Assembly: GCA_041486625.1 (NCBI GenBank) | Contig: JBGPLV010000001.1 | Span: 1-24,742 of the forward strand | From: Elusimicrobiota bacterium | Lineage (GTDB): Bacteria > Elusimicrobiota > Elusimicrobia > 2-01-FULL-59-12 | Reading direction: 5' to 3' | DNA: 24,742 bases | Shown here: positions 16,821 through 23,833 of the stretch, piece after piece | Layout of the letters: each line of letters begins with the position of its first letter | How positions within the stretch are numbered: the first letter of the stretch is position 1 | Translations under genes and position numbers: made by a program | The notes under the pieces: generated by a model | Databases searched by the model: none | Told to the model about the DNA's origin: nothing | Seen by the model: the letters and a program-made list of their open reading frames with translations, nothing else

Positions 16821-17846
16821 GTGCCTTACAAACCCTGTTTTACGATCACCTCTGAAATTCTACGGCGCCTGGAAACGATCCAGGCGTTGCATGCACGCAT
16901 CCAGGCCGCGGCTATAAAGCTCCCGGCACTGCCGCTCATCCAAAAGGATGTGGTTGTACGTTCCGCCCACGGATCAAGCGCGATCGAAGGTAATCCTCTG
17001 ACGTTGGAGGAAGCTCGGACGGTACTGGAGGGGAAAGATGTCCCCACCGCCACGCGCCGTTCACTTCAGGAAATCCGAAATGCCGCGGCGGCGATGAAAT
17101 TTATTCAGCGTCAAGGCGATGCCAAACTCATCCGCGAAGACGATGTCTTCAAAATTCATACTTTATTGGGTGCCGGAGATGCTCTAGACCGAGGACCGAT
17201 CGGGGCCTACCGCACGTACGGAGTTCAGGTGGGAGGCCATATCGCCCCACATTTTTCCGATGTCCCGCATTTTATGAAAGAGCTTCTGGAATGGCTTAAC
17301 AGCGAAGCTGCTCAGTGGCCGGCGGTCGTCAGCTCAGCGGTACTTCATTTCCGTTTTGAGTTTATTCATCCTTTTGGAGACGGCAATGGTCGTGCGGGCC
17401 GAGCGCTGGCGGCTTGGGAGCTGTACCGCCGGAAGTTTGATAGCCAACATATCTTCGCTGTCGATGAGACGCTCTGGAACAATCGGCGTCTTTATTATTC
17501 GGCTCTGGACCGCACGCAAAAACACCAACAGCAAGACTTATCTTCGTGGATTGAATTTATGGCGGAAATGGTGGAGATCACGCTTGATCAAACGTGGAAA
17601 CGCATGGATGATCTTCCACAGGCGAAGTCCCGTGAGAAGATTCATCTGACGCCACGGCAAGAAAAGCTGTTGAAACTTCTTCGCACTGGGCCTATGAGGC
17701 CCTCCGAGCTTCAAAAAGAATTGGAAGTCACCAAAGGCGGTTTACACTTTATGCTGAAGCCCCTACTCCACGCTGGACTCGTGCAGCGCGCAGGCGGCTA
17801 TAAAACGGGTGTATACCGCATCCCTGACGCACAAGAAAAAGTCTAA
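16821..17846 (+). CDS. Fic-family protein with N-terminal inhibitory motif and C-terminal winged HTH
   Basis: Canonical HPFGDGNGRAGR motif, SSAIEG (S/TxxxEG/N) motif, and LTPRQEKLL...ELEVTKGGLHFMLKPLLHAGLV wHTH. Confidence 0.93.
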   Translation: MPYKPCFTITSEILRRLETIQALHARIQAAAIKLPALPLIQKDVVVRSAHGSSAIEGNPLTLEEARTVLEGKDVPTATRRSLQEIRNAAAAMKFIQRQGDAKLIREDDVFKIHTLLGAGDALDRGPIGAYRTYGVQVGGHIAPHFSDVPHFMKELLEWLNSEAAQWPAVVSSAVLHFRFEFIHPFGDGNGRAGRALAAWELYRRKFDSQHIFAVDETLWNNRRLYYSALDRTQKHQQQDLSSWIEFMAEMVEITLDQTWKRMDDLPQAKSREKIHLTPRQEKLLKLLRTGPMRPSELQKELEVTKGGLHFMLKPLLHAGLVQRAGGYKTGVYRIPDAQEKV

Positions 17847-18153
17847 TGCAGCACCGTCCTCTGCCTGAAGTCGCTGAAGGCGACTTAACTCGCCGGTGCA
17901 GTCCCGACAAAATAGCTCGCCATCGGCGAGCGATATAGGGGACGGGACAGCGTTACGCGCACGGTCGGAAGGCGGCTCCTGCCGCCCACCTCTACCGCCG
18001 CACCCGATCGGCTTGCCAGGCCCGAGCGGGCGCCTCTCCCCCGGCCACGTCCGCCAAGCAGCATTGTCTCTGGATAAACAACTCCCCTTAGCCACTCCAT
18101 CAATTCAGCAGCCCCTTCCCGTTCCCGTCCTTATTGCCGAAAAAGTATCCTAG

Positions 18154-18173
18154 CCGATCAGAAATCCGAACAT
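18154..18173 (+). repeat. CCGATCAG repeat, internal cluster
   Basis: CCGATCAG at 18154 and a degenerate CCGAACAT 12 bp later at 18166. Confidence 0.5.
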
Positions 18174-18277
18174 CGGAGTAAAATGAAGTGTAACGAACTA
18201 CTATGAAATCCCCGCAAAAACAGCCAAAATAGCACCTAGCTTAAACGAAGACTGGTAGCTTCTAAGGCTAGGTCCTA

Positions 18278-21200
18278 TCACGTACCCCCGCTATTGTAAA
18301 AACCGAGTGCTTCCCATTGCTCTGCGGAAACTCCCAGGTGCGCGCGAACCGAATCGTTCAGTTCTCTCGAAAGGGTGATTATTTTGTCATTAAAAAATGA
18401 TTTGTCACGGTCCGTTCTCACTCTCACCAGCCCATCGTAAGACAGTTCAATTGTCTTTGCTGCGTGTGCGATCGCGTTATGACGCGAAACGTCATCTTTT
18501 TTATCCCAATTAACTCGGCGAATCGGAAGCAATTTTAGACGATTCCAGAAATATTCGTATATTCCTGCGCTTTTTAGCTTCGCAAGTTTAAGGAAACGTA
18601 GGGTTAACAAATCTGCGTTCAGTAATCCTAAAAAATAGTACAGGTTTTCCTTCGTTTGTTTAGGAAATAAAACCGTGGTGTCTGTAAGGCCAAGAAAACA
18701 ATTCGTGGAATCTACTGCGAACCGATTATTAGACGCTAAATATGGGCAAAGAACCTTTGGGCCACCATATCTTTCTTCATGCAATGGCCATGTGAATTTC
18801 CACCACTTACAGTCTCCGCGAAGGTATGCGGCCCGCGCTGTAAGAGATGCCTTATTTCTGTTGAGGTGCTCCTGCAATTTCGCGGGAAGTTGTGAGAAAT
18901 CATCAAACCTTTCAAGATAAATTACGAATTTATTCTCATGCTCGATATTAAACTTCTGAATTTGAGAATTCGTCGCTCTCTCGAAAAATTGACCCGCTTT
19001 AAGCTCAAACGCATCTATTTCTGCCTTCGTCCGTTCGCCGAACACGTCATTACATCCAGTCTCCATCCCTTTCCCTAACCAGAATGCCTCGGACAAGGGG
19101 ACAGTATTGCAATCAATCAGCGAGATTATCTTTTCCTCTTGGTCTGTGACGACGTTCCAAGGCTCCGCTCCGAGTGCGTTTGAAGGTTGTAGAGTCCTCT
19201 GAAATGCTTCCGCATTAGCGAGAGTCTCTGCGAGATTCGGCTCGTTCTCAAATTCGGGTTTTAAGTCTATTCTTTCAGTTGATATTCCTCGCTTCTTGGA
19301 CTCGAAACAGATAATGCAGGTAGTAACTCCAACCCCGGGGAAAACGTACCTGTTCTTAAAATCGACTATCTGAGTGATGGACAATTCATCATCATTGCTT
19401 TGCGAAGCTTTGTGGCCTTGAATGCTTCCAACATAGCGCGCGATACAATAAAGCCATTCTTTCCTTTACTGAGGCTTTGCGCCTTTCTGAGAAAATAAAA
19501 AAGCACATCTGTCTTATCGGTATGTACGTCAGGATATCCGCGCTTGAGAAGGGCTAAACGATAATCTTTACGACCCCATGTTGAATCGACGTTGTAATAT
19601 GGCGGGTTTCCAATGACTGCGTCGAATCCGCCTTTATTGAGAATCTTTCCGAAGTGCTGGTGGTAATCGACGGGATTGAGTGACCTCTCTTGCTCTTGAG
19701 TCAGTGTGCTAGACCTGGTGATTTCTCTGTCGATTATCGAATTTCCACAGATTATATTCTTGGCTAAAGATGGAAGAATGGCGTTTTTGAATTCCTCTTG
19801 GTAATTTATTGCGGTCTCGTGAGTTTCCTCTTCGAGAAGTTTCAGTGATAGCGACAGCTGCGCGACTTCGACTGCCTGAGGATCCAAGTCTATTCCGAAC
19901 ACATTGCTGACCAATATATCCCGTTTCTTTTGTAGCGTGAGATGGTAATGCCCATCGCTGTCCTGAAAGCAATCTTTAAGAGTGGTTTCGCTCGGATTCG
20001 CGTTGTAGTATGAGGTGTGATATCGCAGAAGTTCATCGTATATACCCAGCAGGAAGGAACCGCTGCCACAGGCAATATCAATGAATTTTAAAGCCGATAT
20101 CGCCTTTGGGGTCTTATTTTGAATTAGGGGCCGAATTGTATTTGACACTATATAATTCACAATTGCTCGTGGTGTGTAATAGATGCCATTGGCTTTTCGG
20201 AGTTCTGGTTTAGGTCGCAGTTCAATTCGTCCGTCACGGTTTTCAATGACTTTCCCGAGAAAGCGCTCATAAATTGAACCCAAAATCTCGATCGGAACAG
20301 TATTGAAGAGATAAGGAGATGTGTCAGAACGGAAGTCATCGGTGACATCCACAAAGACCCGCTGATCAACTTCAAAGGATTGCCGGTCTAGGATTACATG
20401 CTCTTTAAAGACTACGCCGTTATAAGCGTCATCCATAGTCTGTCGCACAGAAACGAAGTCCCGCCACGGCGTTGCAGATTGTCCGCAGCGCTCAAGGATA
20501 GGTTCTGTTTCGATAGCCTTATCTTCCAAGAAGCGAGTTAGTACAAGTCTGTCGATAGTTCGCTGAGTCATTTCGGTTAAATCTGAATCCGAATAAGCCG
20601 GGTTGATTCCTGTAAATGCGCGAGCCAGTGTGAGTCGGGCTGTTTCGATAGTCTGTAAAAAATCGTCATCCATTGGTTTCGGCGGTGTTCGCAACAGCTG
20701 TAACTGGCGGTGGGGTAGACCGGCGGTTGATATTTTTGAGATAAAGCGCTGGATTGACCCGGAACCTACTGCCTGACGAGAAAGAAGGCTGTAGATTTCG
20801 CGAAATTTTAACTCGTCAGCATATTCTGAATAGTGGTAAATCTTTGCCCAGCGGTTGAGAACGGTATCATGATGGGGCTTATAGCGAGAGTCAATTATGT
20901 GAAGTTCTCGGAAGTTGGTTAGAACGACAATGGGGGTCTGACCATTCCAGCCGTAACGGATTGCTTGGAAATAATTGTCGGCTGTTGTTAATGGAACCGA
21001 AGGTTTTTTGGCCTCTAGGAACCAAACTGGGTCTTGGAAGTTAGGCTGAATGAAGAACGCATAATCTGCTTTCTTCCGGTGCCCCATGACGGTCACTCGT
21101 TGTTCAAGTTTGACCTCTTGGGCCGCGGGGTTTTATTGCGTCACGTGCCCTACGTCCCATCCTAAAGCAATCAACAACTCGTTTAGATAGTCGTTTCGGA

Positions 21201-21318
21201 GATGGGTTTCCTGATACTCAGGAGAAAGGTGGGTTTGCTCGTATGCTTGATAATGCGCAATACGGCGCTTCACATAAGCAAACGCTGTATCGAAACCAGT
21301 TCCAACAAGTTCTGCCAC
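18278..21318 (-). pseudogene. Type IIG (Eco57I/TaqI-C-like) restriction-modification fusion gene with two lesions
   Basis: Three ORF pieces join into one gene: in-frame TAA at 21135-21133 (WDVGHVTQ*NPAAQEVKLE) and a 1-nt frameshift near 19385 (KLRKAMMMN/LSITQIVDF). ADYAF..FLEAKKP nuclease motif, DIACGSGSF motif I, NPPY motif IV and a C-terminal specificity domain. Confidence 0.88.
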
Positions 21319-21404
21319 TTGCAGAAGATAGCCTTTTACTTATATTGCGGTCAATGAAACACCTGAACCCACTTAGCCTGACATGGCTGTAATTAGTATT
21401 CTTG

Positions 21405-21424
21405 CCGATCAGTAATCCGATCAG
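21405..21424 (+). repeat. CCGATCAG direct repeats, right cluster
   Basis: CCGATCAG at 21405 and 21417 (same 12-bp period as the left pair); CGGATCAG at 21455. Confidence 0.7.
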
Positions 21425-21474
21425 CATCATAAATCACCCCGTCGGACAAATTAACGGATCAGCTCGTTATCCCG

Positions 21475-21483
21475 TGCTATAAT
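21475..21483 (+). promoter_or_regulatory. Extended -10 promoter (TGcTATAAT) of the intact tRNA
   Basis: 5 nt upstream of C1, the same spacing as at 16516. Confidence 0.75.
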
Positions 21484-21488
21484 GGCTT

Positions 21489-21827
21489 CGCGGGGTGGAG
21501 CAGCCTGGTAGCTCGTCGGGCTCAATTCCGCAGAATCGAAGTCCAATCCGCCAATTAGATTCTGCGGTGGGCAACGCGTGGAGAAATCCGCGCGGGTTCT
21601 CCTGTCAAAGTCGGGGAAGCCACTAGCGGTGGTAATCCCGAGCCAAGGTCGCTAGAAGTTTAGCGACAAGGTGTAGAGACTTGATGGCAGGTACCCTAGC
21701 GCCGCACGGCGGCAAGGGTAAAGGGAAAGTCCAGACCACAAACTGGCTGATGTTTGGCGAGGCGACGAAAGCCGAAGTGGTAAGCATAACCCGAAGGTCG
21801 TAGGTTCAAATCCTACCCCCGCAACCA
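21489..21827 (+). tRNA. Initiator tRNA-Met (CAT), intron-containing
   Basis: Exon 1 (21489-21522) plus exon 2 (21785-21827) give a 77-nt CGCGGGGTGGAGCAGCCTGGTAGCTCGTCGGGCT/CATAACCCGAAGGTCGTAGGTTCAAATCCTACCCCCGCAACCA, with C1:A72 mismatch, GGG/CCC anticodon stem and encoded CCA. Confidence 0.96.
21523..21784 (+). ncRNA. Group I self-splicing intron (262 nt, no ORF)
   Basis: 5' splice site after U, terminal G. P1 GCU/CA pairs with UGGGC giving a U.G pair at the junction; P2 has a GAAA loop; P3 21601-07/21685-91; P4 21611-16/21636-41; P7 GAGACU 21676-81/AGUCC 21728-32; P8 TACCCT/AGGGTA; P9.0 ACCAC/GTGGT. Confidence 0.93.
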
Positions 21828-21859
21828 GGTGTTCACTGAAGGGTGGACACCTGGTTTTT
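21825..21859 (+). terminator. Rho-independent terminator after the tRNA
   Basis: CCAGGTGTTCAC-tgaagg-GTGGACACCTGG followed by TTTTT. Confidence 0.85.
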
Positions 21860-21882
21860 CGTTTTTGGGGGAAATGACGTCC

Positions 21883-23031
21883 CTAGAAAGGCCGGAAGTA
21901 GCCGCGCGCGGTGAGGCACCAGGCCAAGGTGATCATCAGCGTGGCGAAGAGAGATTTCTTAAGGGAACTCCCCGGTCGCCGGTGCAGCGATAGGCCCAGG
22001 ATCAGCATTGAAGCGATCTCGAAAGCGTCGAGCGGCCGCAGCCAGAATACGAGGGAAGGCAGCTGTGCGGAATCCACAATAGATTGGAGCGGCACAAGCG
22101 CCGGCACCCATCCCGCCAGAAGGACGCTGAGAGCCCGGAGTACAATGGGAATGGCAGCCCACGCGAGGATACCCACAGCGGCGCCGGCCTCCAGACTGAT
22201 TGTTAGAGCGGCACAGGTGGCCACAAGCAGCCCAAGCAAAAGCGCCCAGCCGCCCGCCGCAAAAGTGGCTGCTCGAATGAGGTCGGTTTTCGCGCCCGCC
22301 AGGGTCACCACCAAATGGACGGCAAATATGGACACGACAATCTTCCAGCTTACGGCGGGCGCATGTGCCGCGGCCGGTTCCATCTCCGGCTCCGGGGGCA
22401 GTGCTTTGGGCTCAACCGGAATAACAGGTTTCTCTGATAGAAAGGGGACGTTCGTCCTTTCGTAAGGAGAGAACTCCATGGCCACAGGTCTTTCAGCCGG
22501 CGCCGGGTTTTCCTCCAAGCGCATTAATTCTTCCTCAAATGGTGTACGCGGCAATGCCCTTGGCGGCTCTTGCAAGTCTGGTTCCGGCGGAACAATCGGC
22601 TCAATTTCCGCCATTGGCGTGGGCGCGGACTCGGAGGGGGCATGGTATTTAGCGGGACTGGTTTTTAAGAGGTGATGGACCTTTTCACCGATTTCGATCA
22701 TGCTGAAGGGCTTGAGCACATAGTCGTTGGCCCCCATGTTCTTTCCAATGTCCTTCTGATTCGCATTTTTGGCGCTCCCCGTCATCATGATAATCGGAAC
22801 CGAGTGGGTCGCCGGGTTCTGGCGAAACCTCCCCAGCATCTGAAATCCTGTCGCATCCGGCAGCATGACATCTAAGAGGATGAGGTCGGGAGGGGATTCT
22901 ACCGCCTTAGCGAATCCTTCCTCGGCCATATGCACGGCTTCCACCTCACACCCTTCGTTGGAGAGGTGCTCCTCCAGGAGTTTGGTGATCATGGCATCGT
23001 CATCGATGACCAAGACGCGCGATTTAGGCAT
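21883..23031 (-). CDS. Receiver domain + Pro/Glu-rich linker + multi-TM (Yip1-like) membrane protein
   Basis: VLVIDDD, DLILLDVMLPD and YVLKPF motifs, a low-complexity linker, and several C-terminal hydrophobic helices. Confidence 0.85.
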   Translation of the reverse strand: MPKSRVLVIDDDAMITKLLEEHLSNEGCEVEAVHMAEEGFAKAVESPPDLILLDVMLPDATGFQMLGRFRQNPATHSVPIIMMTGSAKNANQKDIGKNMGANDYVLKPFSMIEIGEKVHHLLKTSPAKYHAPSESAPTPMAEIEPIVPPEPDLQEPPRALPRTPFEEELMRLEENPAPAERPVAMEFSPYERTNVPFLSEKPVIPVEPKALPPEPEMEPAAAHAPAVSWKIVVSIFAVHLVVTLAGAKTDLIRAATFAAGGWALLLGLLVATCAALTISLEAGAAVGILAWAAIPIVLRALSVLLAGWVPALVPLQSIVDSAQLPSLVFWLRPLDAFEIASMLILGLSLHRRPGSSLKKSLFATLMITLAWCLTARGYFRPF

Positions 23032-23088
23032 AAAAAGGTCTTACTATGTATATCTGGCGAATGGCCGAATCACAAGGGGGTTTCGACT

Positions 23089-23799
23089 TCACTTTACGGG
23101 GGATTTTTTACGGAGCCATCTAAAAAAGCTAAGGAGAAAACGAACCGTGGCGGGCGGAAGTGTCGCTCCGTGCAGCGCCTGCCGAATGCGCGCCACCCGT
23201 GCGGCGGCCGTATAGCCGGCAGGGTAATCCGTTTCCCCGCCTAAGTCAGCGAGCGTTTCAATCAAAGGCTCCATCTCGAGCGACGGAGAAGCGGACGGCG
23301 GCGCTTGAGGGTCCCAACTTCCGCGCCGAAGCTCATAGAGGATAACGGCCACCGCCTGGCCCAGATTCATGGAAGGAGTGTCGTGCTGCGTGGGGATGTG
23401 GATGACGGCCAGGCAGCGCGAGAGTTCTTCGTTGCTGAGGCCGCTGCGCTCCGAACCGAACACCAGCGCCAAAGGGTCAGCGGCCGCATAGGCCGCTAAG
23501 TATTTGTTGAGGTTGGGGAGCTCAAGCGTCGCATGCTCAAACGGGCGTTGGTGAAAAGAGCTCGTTCCTAGAGTGATAGAGCAGTCCCGGGTCGCTTCTT
23601 CCCACGTGGAGACAGCCCGTGCTTCCAGCACGACCTTCTCCGCCTCAGGCGCTGAGCGCGTTTCCTTCCATACGGGCTCATAGGGGTCCACCACCACGAG
23701 ATCCGACAGCCCGAAGTTGGCCATGGCCCGCGCGCAGGCTCCGATATTGTTGGGGTTTCTCGGGCGGACCAAAATAACACGGATGGGGCGGTTCGGCAT
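23089..23799 (-). CDS. trmJ: SPOUT tRNA 2'-O-methyltransferase, TrmJ/LasT family
   Basis: VILVRPRNPNNIGACARAMANFGL, ALVFGSERSGLSNEEL and PSMNLGQAVAVILYEL motifs. Confidence 0.9.
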   Translation of the reverse strand: MPNRPIRVILVRPRNPNNIGACARAMANFGLSDLVVVDPYEPVWKETRSAPEAEKVVLEARAVSTWEEATRDCSITLGTSSFHQRPFEHATLELPNLNKYLAAYAAADPLALVFGSERSGLSNEELSRCLAVIHIPTQHDTPSMNLGQAVAVILYELRRGSWDPQAPPSASPSLEMEPLIETLADLGGETDYPAGYTAAARVARIRQALHGATLPPATVRFLLSFFRWLRKKSPVK

Positions 23800-23805
23800 T
23801 AAGGG

Positions 23806-23827
23806 ATTTTAGCAACCAATGTATAAT
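23806..23827. promoter_or_regulatory. Back-to-back -10 elements of divergent leaderless genes
   Basis: Minus-strand TGcTAAAAT (-10 at 23811-23806) lies 6 nt before the trmJ ATG; plus-strand TATAAT (23822-23827) lies 6 nt before ATG 23834. Confidence 0.65.
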
Positions 23828-23833
23828 CGCGGC

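Larger units (their letters stand above)
16607..21488. mobile_element. Integrase-less genomic island integrated in the tRNA-fMet gene (5'-fragment type)
   Basis: Bounded by duplicated tRNA 5' halves, with CCGATCAG repeat pairs near both ends, visibly AT-richer RM cargo and no recombinase ORF. Confidence 0.75.

Noticed and set aside
17763-18153. ORFs 17885..18103, 17763..18095 and 17896..18153
   Set aside because: Low-complexity Gly/Arg/Pro translations typical of GC-rich non-coding frames; a lone CxxC is insufficient evidence.
19366-19400. Programmed -1 frameshift in the RM gene
   Set aside because: No X XXY YYZ slippery heptamer or homopolymer tract at the junction, and an independent nonsense codon lies upstream; simple decay is more likely.
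21133-21135. Stop-codon reassignment or readthrough of TAA
   Set aside because: TAA ends several clear genes here (GT4, fic) and TGA/TAG also act as stops, so the standard code fits.
16607-21488. Integrase or transposase gene in the island
   Set aside because: No ORF with tyrosine-, serine- or DDE-recombinase motifs was recognisable on either strand.
21523-21784. Homing endonuclease in the intron
   Set aside because: The 262 nt are fully accounted for by ribozyme helices; there is no ORF.
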